Below, piece after piece: positions 37,901-51,315 of a stretch of DNA of 64,000 bases; position 1 is the first letter of the stretch; each line of letters opens with the position of its first letter. The position numbers and the translations under genes are program-made. Under the pieces are notes generated by a model that was given only the letters and a program-made list of their open reading frames with translations, did no database searches and had not been told where the DNA came from. Source of the stretch: the human T2T-CHM13v2.0 reference genome, Homo sapiens; the NCBI RefSeq assembly GCF_009914755.1, contig NC_060940.1. One strand, 5' to 3'.

Positions 37901-38138
37901 AGGGATGGGTTTCCACCTGGGCTTCCAGGTTCCCCGGAGGCCTCTTGGGGGCATGGCTGCCGTGGGTAGGGTCTGGTGGCCAGGGCCCCTGTTCTCAGCA
38001 CTCCACGAGTCTTCACTCAGCACCCTGAGAGGCAGCTGTCCTTTTTACTAACCCCTCCCCTTTTCAGGACAGGAAACCGAGGCACAGAGGCAGAGTCAGC
38101 TATGTCATCTGCAGGGTCCATAGAAAATGAAAACGTGT

Positions 38139-38802
<664 letters not shown>

Positions 38803-39083
38803 TCAAGGGGGCGGGAGGGGAGGTTACAGCGTTTGGTGTTCCCCGAACCGCCCGACACGGAACACTGTTTCTCTCGGGACTTCTCCCAGGGCTGGCGATG
38901 TGTGAATGAAATGCACGTCGGGAAGGGGAGTTGCAGCCTCGGCCCCGATGCAGCTGAGGGGCTAAGCACCATGGTGTCCTGACTGAGCAGCCGGGCAGGC
39001 CCTCTGGACACCGGTGCAAAGCAGCAGCCCCCGCCCCGTCCTCTCAGAGTGCTCCAGTCAGCCCACATTCAGCGTGGGGTGGG

Positions 39084-39309
39084 CCCTCCTGGTCCCTCTG
39101 ATCCTGGCTGGAAGGGCTGTGAGCCGTGTCCCTCCTGGTACCCCCGATCCTGGCTGGACGGGCTGTGAGCCATGTCGCTCCTGGTCCCTCTGATCCTAGC
39201 TGGACGGGCTGTGAGCCGTGTCCCGCCTGGTCCCCCGACCCTGGCTGGACGGGCTGTGAGCCGTGTCCCTCCTGGTCCCCCGACCCTGGCTGGATGGCTT
39301 GTGAGCCGT
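39084..39309. repeat. 45-46-bp minisatellite, 5 copies
   Basis: Unit starts at 39084, 39130, 39176, 39222 and 39267. Confidence 0.93.
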
Positions 39310-39751
39310 CACCAGACAGGCCGGGGCTTCCCCGTCAGCTGGAAGCTCCTCCGGAATTGCCTCTCCAGACCTGCCTTTCAAGGAGCCCCTCTCACCCGGC
39401 TTCTGTGTCTGCGGGCAACTGTGGATTGCTGTCCCTGCCCACCTAAGCCCCTGTGTCGTTTTCTCTCGAGGTGCTTGTCACTCAGGTGAGCAGGAAATGT
39501 TTGTGGAATTCACCGTGAATCCGGGAGGGGAGGCGGTGGGGAGGCCATGGTGGGGTCAAACTCAGGAGCGGGTACAGCCCAGCCTGGCCCCAAGACCTGT
39601 GGCCCTTCTCCTCCCACTACATGCAGTGTGGACACAGACCTGCTGCCTCATCGCCACTTTCCAGAAACATTTGCAGAGCCATGTTATGTGGCTACCCGAG
39701 TTCTGGACAGACACACCAGGAGCAGAGGCTGGCCCTGTCCTGATGCGGGCT

Positions 39752-39825
39752 TGCTGTGTGGCCCTGGGCAAGCTGCTGGACCTTTCTGAGCCTCAGTGTC
39801 CCCTTCTGAGAGTGGAGGTAACACA
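39752..39825 (+). mobile_element. MIR core fragment
   Basis: gctgtgtggccctgggcaag...ctttctgagcctcagtgtccc. Confidence 0.65.
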
Positions 39826-40985
39826 GCCAGTGAGGACATGGAGAAAGAGTGGCCCGGGGAGGCTCATTCACTGAGAATTTTTTCTAGTTTTTTGCAGGGA
39901 GGTCACCCGGTGAGTGTTGTGGCTAAAACAAGATGTGGGGGAGGGATCCCCCCAGGGAGCATGCGTGGCTTGCAGGGAGAGGCAGAGCCGGGTCCAGATG
40001 TGGTCCCTGCAAGCCACACCTTCCCTGGGGGGGATCCCTGGGGGTCTGGCTGGGCCACACCTGTGACACCACAGCAGTGCCACACCCTGCAACCCCAGCT
40101 GCCCAGGATACCCTTCCTGGTGTGCGTCACGTCACGTCTGTGCACCAGCTCATGTGTCCTGTTCCCGGACTCTTGCTTGCAAAACGTATTGCCCAGAGCA
40201 GCTGGGCCCGGTGCCAGCAGCCCTGCCCCTAATCTGCCTGCCCGGGGGCTCCTGAGGGAGACACCCTCTCCCCAGGGCTGGAGGCTGGACTTCAGCAGGA
40301 CCCACTGCAGCCCTTACCCCCTTTCCCCTGCTGTACTGTCAGGACCCCTTCCCACACAGGAACCACTGGCCCAGGCTCTAGCTAGTCATGACAGTTCCCC
40401 AGTGCCAGGCACTGCAGGAGGCTCTGAGAGGGGTCGGTGGCCTCTGTCTCAACTCAGCTCGCTCAGCGGCCCTGGGAAGCCAGGGGAGGTTCTGGAGCCA
40501 AGCTCCAGCCAGACCCATCCCATCAGCATTGCTGCAGCTCCCCAAGGGCTCTGCTGCGTGCTTGGAAGTGAAAATTGCTGATGGAGGGGGTGGGTCCGAC
40601 GAGAAGAGAGGAAGGGACAGAGTCCAGCCACAGGTGGTTCTGGGCATTCTCCAAGCTCCTCCAGACCTCTCTGAGGCCTTGGCAGAATCCTGCATTACCC
40701 AAGCCTGTTTCTCCATCTGTAAAATAGGGATAGGAATACTTCCACCCCCCAGGTCCTTGAGAAGACCAAATGAGGTGATACTCTGCGCATGTTCTTGGTG
40801 CAAGGAAGTGACTACCCACATGCACTGTCGTATCAGGGACACAGGTTAGCCACGTTCATCCTCAGAGGTACCTGGGAGTGGAAGCATTGTTACCTCCACT
40901 CACAGAGGAGACCGAGGTACTGAAAGGTTTAGTAGCCCACCTGAAGCCATGCAGCTAGTAGAGAAGGAGCTGGAAATTCAACCTG

Positions 40986-41780
40986 GATGGTGATGATGGT
41001 GATGGTGGTGGTGATGATAGTGGTGATGATGATGGTGGTGATGGTGACGATGATGATGATGGTGATGATGACGATGATGATGGTGATGATGATGGTGGTG
41101 ATGATGATGGTGGTGATGGTGATGATGATGGTGGTGATGGTGATGATGATGGTGATGATGATGATGGTGGTGATGATGGTGGTGATGATGGTGGTGATGA
41201 TGGTGATGATGATGGTGGTGATGGTGATGATGATGGTGATGATGATGATGGTGGTGATGATGGTGATGATGATGGTGGTGATGATGATGGTGGTGATGAT
41301 GGTGATGATGATGGTGGTGATGATGATGGTGGTGATGGTGGTGATGATGATGGTGGTGATGGTGATGATGATGGTGGTGATGGTGATGATGATGGTGGTG
41401 ATGACGGTGATGATGATGGTGGAGATGGTAATGATGATGGTGATGATGATGATGGTGGTGATGGTGATGATGGTGGTGATGATGATGGTGGTGATGATGG
41501 TGACGATGATGATGATGGTGATGGTGATGATGATGATGGTGGTGATGGTGGTGATGATGATGGTGGTGATGATGGTGATGATGATGGTGGTGATGGTGAT
41601 GATGGTGATGATGATGGTGGTGATGTTGATGGCAGTGATGATGATGATGATAGCAATGATTATAGTGGTGATGGTGATGATGGTGGTGGTGGTGATGATG
41701 GCAATGATGATGGTGATGATGGTGGTGGTGGTGATGATGGTGATGATGATGGTGGTGATGGTGATGATGATGATTGTGGT
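40986..41780. repeat. Imperfect (ATG/GTG)n trinucleotide tract of about 790 bp, between MIR fragments
   Basis: gatgatggtggtgatg...; MIR-like flanks at about 40850-40985 and 41800-41935. Confidence 0.98.
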
Positions 41781-42105
41781 GGCATTGTTCTTGACAGTTT
41801 ATACATATTAACTCATTTAATTCTCACAATAAGCCAATGACTGTGTCCATTTTGCGAGTGAGGACAGTGAAGCAGAGAGAAAGTAACTTGCTTAAGACCA
41901 CACAGTCAGTAAGTGGCAGAGCAGGGACTCGGGGCTACACATTCCAGTTGGAGCCCATGTCCAGAGCCCACGTCCACAGCTGCTGCGCTGTCTTGCTCCA
42001 TGAAGCCATGCTGCTTCACACAGTATCTCACGAAATTGGGGGAAGAGGCTGAGTTCAGAGCACAGGGTGCACCCCCACTGGAAGGAGTTGGAATTATGCA
42101 GGAGG

Positions 42106-42466
42106 TGCAGTGGACTGAATGTTTCTGTCCTCCCCAAATTCATATATTGAAATCCTTATCCCTAGAGTGATGGTATCAGGTGGGGCCTTTGGTGGGTGAT
42201 TAAGTCATGAGGGTGGACCCTCGTGAATGAGACCGCTCCCCTCATGAAAGGGAGCCGAGAGAGCTACCAGCCCTCTTTTCGTCATGCGAGGACACAGCGA
42301 GAATCTGGCCATCTGCAGCTTGGAAACGGGCCCTCACCAGAACCTAACCATGCCAGCACCTTGATCTTGGACTCCAGCCTCCAGAACTGTGAGACAGAGA
42401 GGTCTGCTGTGTATAAGCCCTCAAGCCTGTGGTCCTTTCTTATAGCAGCCCGAGCTGTCTGAGGCA
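42106..42466 (+). mobile_element. MaLR solo LTR (MLT1A0-like)
   Basis: tggactgaatgtt...ccccaaattcatatattgaaatcc...gcaccttgatcttggactccagcctccagaactgtgaga...ttatagcagcccgagc. Confidence 0.88.
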
Positions 42467-42889
42467 GGAGGCGAGATTTAAGCTGTACCTTGAAGGGCAT
42501 CTATAAGTGGGCCAGGGTGGGAGGGTCTGCCTGGGAATGGAGCAAGGTCTCAGGGGGAGACTCAACAACTGGAATCTGGCTCTGGGGAGCCTGAACTCCA
42601 GCTGCACCAGTGGGGCCTGCCTGCAGCCCACATCTTCCAGCCACACATCCCACCCACCAGCTAGGCTCTCTCCCCATGCGGGCAGTTTGGGGGCGTCTTT
42701 GCCCGTACCCCTCCCTGTCTACCATGAGCTCGTCCCCCAGGCTGAGCAGAGCCACATGTGGCCCCTGATGGGCCAGAGTCTACAGGACTCAAGCAGGGAC
42801 AGCCGGGCACCCTAGGGGTGCTGCTGGCTGGTGGGAGGGGGATCCCTCCAAGGTGTGCCAGGGTCCCTCGGTGCAGCAAGGGGCATGGC

Positions 42890-43260
42890 CCTTACCCCCA
42901 CCCCCCTTGCCCCCCCCACCGCCGTCCTTGCCCTCCACCAGCACCCTCACCACCCCCGCTGCCGCCCTCACCCCGCACCACCACCCTTGCCCTCACCAGC
43001 GCCCTCACCACTGACTGCTGCCACCCTCAGCCCCGACTGTCGCCCTCACCCCTGACCACCGCCCTCACCACCCCCACCGCCCTCACCCCCACCGCCACCG
43101 CCCTCAACCCTCCACAGCTACTCTCACCCCTCTGCCGCCGCCCTCGCCCCCCCACCGCCGCCCTCACCCCCCCGCCGCCGCCCTCAACCCTCCGCCGCCG
43201 CCCTCACCCCCCCGCCGCCGTCCTCAACCCCCCAACGCCACCCTCGCCCCCGCCAGCACC
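42890..43260. repeat. C-rich low-complexity repeat built on CCGCCCTCACCCC
   Basis: Recurring ccgccctcacccc; G-rich minus strand. Confidence 0.88.
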
Positions 43261-45170
43261 CTTGCCTCGCCTGCTCCCTCTGCCTCAAAGCAGAACATTC
43301 TGGACTTGGGGTGAAAAGCCTGGATTTGAGCTATGCTGCCCACCACTCTGCCTGGGTTTGCTTTTCTGGATAACATCTGCCTGCCTGCTGTGGCTCCACT
43401 GGTTGCCCCCCTGGCGCCACATCTCTTCTCCTCTGCTGCTGGAGTCCAGGTCTGCCCTCCTGGGGCACCCGCCCAGCTCACAGGCAAACCTACCCGGTCT
43501 CGGGGGCTGTGACTGAGGGGTGTGGCAGAGGCTTCGGGTGTTCACTGGGAGCTTCCGCAGGGGAACCGGCCTGGTAGGAACGGCCGCTTTGGGGAAGGCA
43601 GAACCATCGGGAACCAGCCTCAGGGTGCAGGCTTCCAGGACAGTGCTCACTCTGGGCAGAGCCACCACCACATTGCTTACTCGTCCCCACAGATGGAACA
43701 GGAGCGAGGTCGCCTGTATCCTCCGGGAAATGCTCCTGGAGGTCAGGGCAGCCGGGTGAGCACTGGGTCCGGCTGCTCTCCCCAGCTTCTCTTCTCCAGT
43801 CAGCCAACCCAGCCTCCGCGAGAGACAGAGGAAAGACAGACACGGCGTTGGCTGCGCGGGGGCCTGCATCCCTCCCGACCTTCTCATTTGATCCTCCTGC
43901 CCTATGCGGTTGGTGCCAACGTTCATCCCATTTTACAGATGAGTAAACTCAGCTTCAGTGAGGCCGGGGCCTTCCTGGAGATCACAGAGCAAGTGAGCCC
44001 AGGCCTCAACACCCCTCTCCCCTCCGCACCTCTGCCGCCCCCTCCCGGTTCCTTTCCCGACTCTGGACCCCACGGGTGTCCTGGGCTCTGCTGCGGTGTT
44101 CCTGGCTCCGCTCTCTTCCTACCTCCTGGGCCGGCAGGGGAAAGTGCTCCCAGCTGGGGCCACCACACCCTGACCTGCCCATTCCACTTTCCTCAGCTGT
44201 AAAGCAGGGAAGTCAGGGCCCCTCTTTATGGGCTTGTGGAGTTGAATGGGGTCATGTTGTGTAAATCCCTAAGCCCAGTGCTGTCTCGGAAAAGACCTCA
44301 GTTCCGGGTTTATTGTTCTCTCTCCCACTCAGGCACCATCAGTCTCAACTGTCGCTGGCCGGAGCTGGCTCTACGCGTTTCTTTCCTCGTACTCTGTGGT
44401 CTACAAGGACAGGAGGTGCTGGGGGCTGGCTGGCTCCTCGGGGACAGTGGGGAGCCGTGTAGGAAGGGACACCGAGGCACCAAGGGCCCAGCAGGACCTG
44501 GGGAGGGGGTACAAGGATGGCTGTGCTGCAGCAGACTGGCTGCCTCCACGCCCACTCTGGAATGGCCGGGGCCAGACTGCGCAGCTGTCGTTTTGATTGA
44601 ATCCAGATGCCCCTGGTACTCGAGACAAATGTGCTCTGGGGAGCGTTTAAATAAAAACACAAGGATCAGAGGTGTTCCCAGGGGCCAGTTTCATGGGGAG
44701 CCAGGGAGAGGGAGGAGTGGGCCCTGTCCCTACACCGATAGCAGGTGGCCCAGTCCGTGACCGGACACAGCTCCCCTCCACCCACCAACCTCCTGGCCAC
44801 CTGCTGGGGCCCCCCCGAGTCTGCAAATCTCCCTGAATCTGTTTCCCCACCATGTCACCGGGCACCCAGGAGAGCTGCACCTGCAAGTGACTGGGTGCTT
44901 GGCCCAGGGGTGGGTGCTGGTGGGTGAGAGTGGTCCCTATCACTATCACAGATGATAAGTGACGTCTGTCACACCGGGAGCCTGGGCCGGGCAACCTGGC
45001 ACCCATTTCCTCTCTTGGAAGTGGAGGCCCTGAGGCTTCTGAGCGCGCAGGGCTGCTGGGAGGACGAGTAAGAAAAGCGGGTGAAGCACAGAGCCCAAGG
45101 CTCCGTGTGGCCCCCCCAGTCAGCTGAAGTCGTGACCCTCACCGCAGCCTCCGCCCCGCGCCAAGCCTGA

Positions 45171-45696
<526 letters not shown>

Positions 45697-46164
45697 TTCA
45701 CATGGTTTGAGCCGCCGCACCCGGCCTCTCACATGGTTCTTCTCACGGGCGCTCCCCACATGTGCGGACCCCTCCTTCGTGGCCTCCAGCTTCTATTTAG
45801 AGAGGGTGTGACACGCTGAGATCTTTCACACGGGTGGTGACGGGACTGAATCGAGTTGCAGGACGCCAGCGGGTATGAGAGCTGCTGCTGTGGAGAACGG
45901 CAGCACCATTTCCACACCCACGTGTGGCACTTGGTCACGGCCCATGCGGGAAACAACTACACCCACCTATTTCCCTCCCAGAAAACCTACGTTTTTCTTC
46001 CCAAGACAGACACTGTGTGCTCACAACACCCTGTTGCTGCCTTTCCTGAGTAGTATGTGTGCAGGAGTCCTCACAGCAGCCGTGTCGCAGGGAGCAGGCG
46101 CCACGGCCTTGGAAGCCAGCACAGTCAGCGAAATTCCGTAGGGAGCTGGGACTGACACGGCCCA

Positions 46165-47325
46165 GTCATGTCATGGATGAGCCATGTCATGAACGACTCA
46201 TGCATGCACCAGTCACGTGAGGACCTGTCACGTGTGGACCTGTCATACATGCACCAGTTGAGTGTGGACCTGTCATGTGTGAACTTGTCACGTGAAGACC
46301 TGTCACATGTGAACCTGTCACGAGGACCTGTCACGTGTGGACCTGTCACGTGTGGACCTGTCACGTGAGGACCTGTCACGTGTGGACCTGTCACGTGAGG
46401 ATCTGTCGTGTGGTCCTGTCGTCTGTGGGCCTGTCACGTGAGGACCTGTCATGTGTGGACTGTCACGTGTGGACCTGTCACGTGTGGACTGTCACGTGTG
46501 GACCTCTCATACATGCACCAGTCACGTGTAGACCTGTCACGTGTGAACCTGTCGTGTGGTCCTGTCGTCTGTGGGCCTGTCACGTGTGGATCTGTCACGT
46601 GTGGACCTGTCATACATGCACCAGTCACGTGTGGACCTGTCGTGTGGTCCTGTCATCTGTGGGCCTGTCACGTGTGGACCTGTCACGTGAGGACCTGTCA
46701 CGTGTGGATCTGTCACGTATGGACTCTCACGTGTGGACCTGTCATACATGCACCAGTCACGTGTGGACCTGTCACGTGTGAACCTGTCGTGTGGTCCTGT
46801 CGTCTGTGGGCCTGTCACGTGTGGATCTGTCACGTGTGGACTGTCACGTGTGGACCTGTCATACATGCACCAGTCACGTGTGGACCTGTCGTGTGGTCCT
46901 GTCGTCTGTGGGCCTGTCACGTGTGGACCTGTCACGTGAGGACCTGTCATGTGTGGACCAGTCATGTGAGGACCTGTCACGTGTGGACTGTCACGTGTGG
47001 ACCTGTCATACATGCACCAGTCACGTGTAGACCTGTCACGTGTGAACCTGTCGTGTGGTCCTGTCGTCTGTGGGCCTGTCACGTGTGGATCTGTCACGTG
47101 TGGACTGTCACGTGTGGACCTGTCATACATGCACCAGTCACGTGTGGACCTGTCGTGTGGTCCTGTCATCTGTAGGCCTGTCACATGTGGACCTGTCACG
47201 TGTGGACTGTCACGTGTGGACCTGTCATGCATGCACCAGTCACGTGTGGACCTGTCACGTGTGAACCTGTTGTGTGGTCCTGTCGTCTGTGGGCCTGTCA
47301 TGTGTGGACGTGTCACGTGTGGACC
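46165..47325. repeat. Complex minisatellite with a ~15-bp unit (GGACCTGTCACGTGT), higher-order blocks and about 42 CACGTG
   Basis: Manual count of about 42 TCACGTG; recurring blocks gtcatacatgcaccagtcacgtg and gtcgtgtggtcctgtcgtctgtgggc. Confidence 0.97.
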
Positions 47326-47904
47326 CGGCTGAAGGCAGGATGCCTCAGCCAATCCTATGCCTGGGCAGGGCGGGGGATGCCTCTGCATTTTCTGAGCCCC
47401 ATGGCCCTGCAGTGCTGCTGGGTGGCTGTCACAGACCCAGGCCAGCCCCTCCTCCCAGGCAGGCAGCTGGAGCTGCAGGGGAGGGTGTCACGGCCAGCCC
47501 AAGAGGCCTCATCCCTGCTACCGGGTACCTGCCGTAGCTATGTCCAGCCCAGGTCACTGAGTGTGTAAACACACCTCACGTCCGCGTCGAGAAGGCGTCA
47601 CCAGTGCCTGCTGAACAAAGAAGGTCTGGCCCAGTGTGGCTGCAGCCAGGAGGCCAAGGAGACCAGTGAGAGCACCGCCCTCGCCACTGACGCTCTTGCT
47701 GGGCTCATTGTTGTGCTGGGCCCAGTGGAGCAAAAGACAGGCCTCCAGCCGGGGCACCTCCCAACAACTCTGCACCCTTGATTGAAATGCAATGTCTGCG
47801 GCTGACGGCCACGTGACTGCAACCCACCCTCCCGGCTGCCGATTAATTTTACCTTTTGTGCTGCCAGCTGCAGTGGGTTCATGGTGAGAGCTGAGTTGAT
47901 GCAT

Positions 47905-48945
47905 GCGAGTGCGAGGGTGTGTTAATGTGTGCACATGTGTGACTGTGTGAGGGTGTATATGTGTGTGTACATACATTGTGTGCATGCGTGTGAGTGTGTA
48001 CACTGTGAGCACATCTGTGAATGTATGCGGGTGTGTCCCTATGAGCACGTGTGTGTGCACGTGTGACCGTGTGAGGGTGTATATGTGTGTGTGCATACAT
48101 TGTGTATGTGAATGCATGTGAGTGTGTACACTGAGCACGTCTGTGAATGTATGTGGGTGTGTCCATATGAGCACGTGTGTGTGCACCTGTGACCGTGTGA
48201 GGGTGTATATGTGTGTGTGCATACATTGTGTATGTGCACGCATGTGAGTGTGTACACTGTGAGCACGTCTGTGAATGTATGTGGGTGTGTCCATATGAGC
48301 ACGTGTGTGTGCACATGTGTGACTGTGTGAGGGTGTATATGTGTGTGCATACATTGTGTGCATGCATGTGAGTGTGTATACTGTGAGCACGTCTGTGAAT
48401 GTATGCGGGTGTGTCCATATGAGCACGTGTGTGCACGTGTGACCGTGTGAGGGTGTATACATGTGTGTGCATACATTGTGTATGTGCAGGCATGCGAGTG
48501 TGTACACTGAGCACGTCTGTGAATGTATGTGGGTGTGTCCATATGAGCACGTGTGTGTGCACATGTGTACATGTGACATGTGTCACTGTGAGCGGATGCA
48601 TGAGTGCATGTGAGTGTCTGCATGTGTTAGTGTGTGTGGCTTTGTCCATTGTGAGCATGTGTACTCGTGTACATAGGTGTGTGAACACAGGCATACAAGC
48701 GTACGTGGTGTGCGTTCACTGTGCATGTGAATGTGTGTGTGTGTGTGGGCAGGTGGCTGTGCACGCACATGTCTGTCCACTGTCTGTGTGTGCTCATGCA
48801 TATCTGCGTGTGGGCATGTGGTTGGTGTCATATGTGGCTGTGTGAGTGTGTGCACATGTGGAATATGGGTGTCTGGCTGTATCCGTGTGTGAGTGCACAC
48901 GTCTGTGTGTGAGCATTTGATTGTGTGAGCACGTGCACACTCATA
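47905..48945. repeat. GT-rich tract containing about 5 copies of a 120-130-bp higher-order unit
   Basis: gagggtgtata recurs near 47949, 48074, 48199, 48329 and 48449. Confidence 0.92.
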
Positions 48946-49730
48946 CAAGCACAGATGTGAACCATTGCCCTGGGGCCTGCTTGTGCTACCTGTGAGCAGA
49001 GGAGACATCCTGAGGAGGCTCCACTCCCAGCCCAGCCCGTGGAGGGACACCCATGGCCTCAGGTCTCCAGGCTCCCGACGAGCTGTTAGCCAACTCAGTC
49101 CCCAAAGCAAAGCTCCAAGTTGGCAGTTGAGGATTGGAGCCCAGAGTGACTTGTCAGGGGTTTGGGGACCCAGGGAGGAAGGCCTAGGAAACCCGGGCGG
49201 GCCCACAGGGAGGCTGGCCTCCTGTCGGCCAAGGAACAGAAGAAGCAGAGGATGGAGCCCACAGGGGCTCCCACCTACTATTCCCAAGTCACTTGTCACC
49301 AATAATAACGTCCATGCTTGCAAATAAACTACGTTTAAAAGTAACAAAATTCAACATTGCCCTTGTGTGGCATCACTCGGCTTCCCTGGGGTTCTCCAGG
49401 AGGATAGAGGCCCCAGGACTCAGTGACGCTGAGATGGGCGCCCCCGGCGTGTCTGCACCCCCTGCAGGACGTCCTGGAGCCTCCGTCAGCCACACTCATG
49501 GAGTCGGGCCCCGGACCCGGGGCAAGGCAGCCAGAAATGACTCTGTAGGTGGCCCCCATGCAGCCAGCCCAGCTCCTGCCTCAAGGACACTTCGCAGGGC
49601 TGGGTCCAGGAGGTTGCTGGGCTCCAGTCCCAGGTCCCACCTTCATCACTGTGACCGCGGCACCTCTCGGACCCTCATTGGAAATTGAAAGAGGGCGCAG
49701 CCATTGGCAAGACCGCTGTGGGGGTGGGAG

Positions 49731-50356
49731 CTCTATAAGCCGCCCCTGGCGAACTCCATTGTCGGGGGGCCTCTATAAGCCGCCCCTGGCGAACTCCATT
49801 GTCGGGGGGCCTCTACGAGCCGCCCCTGGCGAACTCCATTGTCGGGGGGCCTCTACGAGCCGCCCCTGGCGAACTCCATTGTCGGGGGGCCTCTACCAGC
49901 CGCCCCTGGCGAACTCCATTGTCGGGGGGCCTCTACGAGCCGCCCCTGGCGAACTCCATTGTCGGGGGGCCTCTACGAGCCGCCCCTGGCGAACTCCATT
50001 GTCGGGGGGCCTCTACCAGCCGCCCCTGGCGAACTCCATTGTCGGGGGGCCTCTACCAGCCGCCCCTGGCGAACTCCATTGTCGGGGGGCCTCTACCAGC
50101 CGCCCCTGGCGAACTCCATTGTCGGGGGGCCTCTACCAGCCGCCCCTGGCGAACTCCATTGTCGGGGGGCCTCTACCAGCCGCCCCTGGCGAACTCCATT
50201 GTCGGGGGGCCTCTACGAGCCGCCCCTGGCGAACTCCATTACTGGGGGGCCTCTACGAGCCGCCCCGGTGAACTCCATTGTCGGGGGGCCTCTATAAGCC
50301 GCCCCGGTGAACTCCATTGTCGGAGGGCCTCTATAAGCCACCCCTGGCAAACTCCA
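49731..50356. repeat. 40-bp CpG-rich VNTR, 15-16 copies (CTCTACGAGCCGCCCCTGGCGAACTCCATTGTCGGGGGGC)
   Basis: Exact 40-bp period; ataag/acgag/accag variants. Confidence 0.98.
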
Positions 50357-50685
50357 GGGCTCACCTCAGGTCGGATCGAGCCCCCTCTGGGGTTTCACTG
50401 AAATCTCCAGCATTTTCAGAGACACCAGGAGCCCTGGATGAAAGGAAGACTGGCACCCTTGGTGGGAAGGACCCTCCCCCGATTTTGGAACAGAGGAGGC
50501 AGAGCTCCTCCTGAAGGCTGGCACCTGCCCCGGGGCTCTCCTGGTTACCCCGCAGCAGGATGAGCCCAGAGGGTGAGCGATGAGGCCAAGGTTGTCAGGA
50601 AGGGAGGGGCAGCTTGGTCAACGCTGCCAGGAAGCTCCGACAGTATCTCCAAGGACATGAAGGTCTGAAAAAGAAACAGGAAAAT

Positions 50686-51315
50686 ACAGACATCCCCGCT
50701 TAAGCAGGGTTTGTTTTCCTTTTTGTTTTTTTGAGACAGAGTCTTGCTCTGTTGTCCAGGCTGGAGTGCAATAGTGCAATCTCGGCCTCCCGGGTTCAAG
50801 TGATTTTCCTGCCTCAGCCTCCCGAGTAGCTGGGATCACAGGCATGCACCACCACGCCCGGCTAATTTTTTTTTTACTTTTAGTAGAGACAGGGTTTCTC
50901 CACGTTGGCCAGGCGGGTTTCAAACTCCTGACCTCAGGTGATCTGCCTGCCTCAGCCTCCCACAGTGCTGGGATGACAGGCGTGAGCCGGTGTGCCGGGC
51001 CCAGGGTTTCCCTTTTTCTGCAGTTTCAGTTATCCATGGTCAACAGAGCTCCAAAAATATTAAATGGAAAATTCTAAAACTAAACAATTCATAAGTTTTA
51101 AATTATGCACGGCTTGATGAACTCTGACACCTCCCGCCCTGTCCGCCCGGGAGGGGATCCTCCATTTGTCCAGCGAGTCCACGCTGTGGACGCTCCGCAC
51201 CGGTGAGTCCTCCAGGAGCTGCCTCTGCTGTCAGATCAAAAACACATCGGATATGTGGGGTTCAGGCATCCCTGGGGGTCTGGGAATGTGACCCCCTTGT
51301 ATACAAGATGGCTGT
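50686..51315 (+). mobile_element. MER44A-like Tigger-family MITE split by an Alu
   Basis: TA-flanked ends (ta|cagacatcccc...ggctg|ta); aaaaatattaaatggaaaatt...aaacaattcataagttttaaatt and ttcaggcatcc.tgggggtct match recalled MER44 consensus. Confidence 0.82.
50712..51001 (-). mobile_element. Alu (Sx-like) with a 16-bp internal deletion
   Basis: atctcggc|ctcccgggttc lacks tcactgcaacctccgc; TSD cagggttt on both sides. Confidence 0.93.

Noticed and set aside
40955-41811. Poly-Met/Val and Ser/Pro ORFs
   Set aside because: Translation artefact of the (ATG/GTG)n tract.
42890-43260. Interstitial telomeric repeat (CCCTCA variants)
   Set aside because: No CCCTAA hexamer periodicity; the CCCTCA words are isolated within a longer C-rich unit.
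46335-47388. Cys/His-rich ORFs resembling zinc-finger or metallothionein-like proteins
   Set aside because: Produced by the 15-bp E-box repeat; no C2H2 spacing or linkers.
49731-50356. CTCF site array (TCGCCAGGGGCGGC on the minus strand)
   Set aside because: One G short of the core CCASYAGRKGGCRS, with mismatches at the critical GGC positions. A PWM scan could revisit this.
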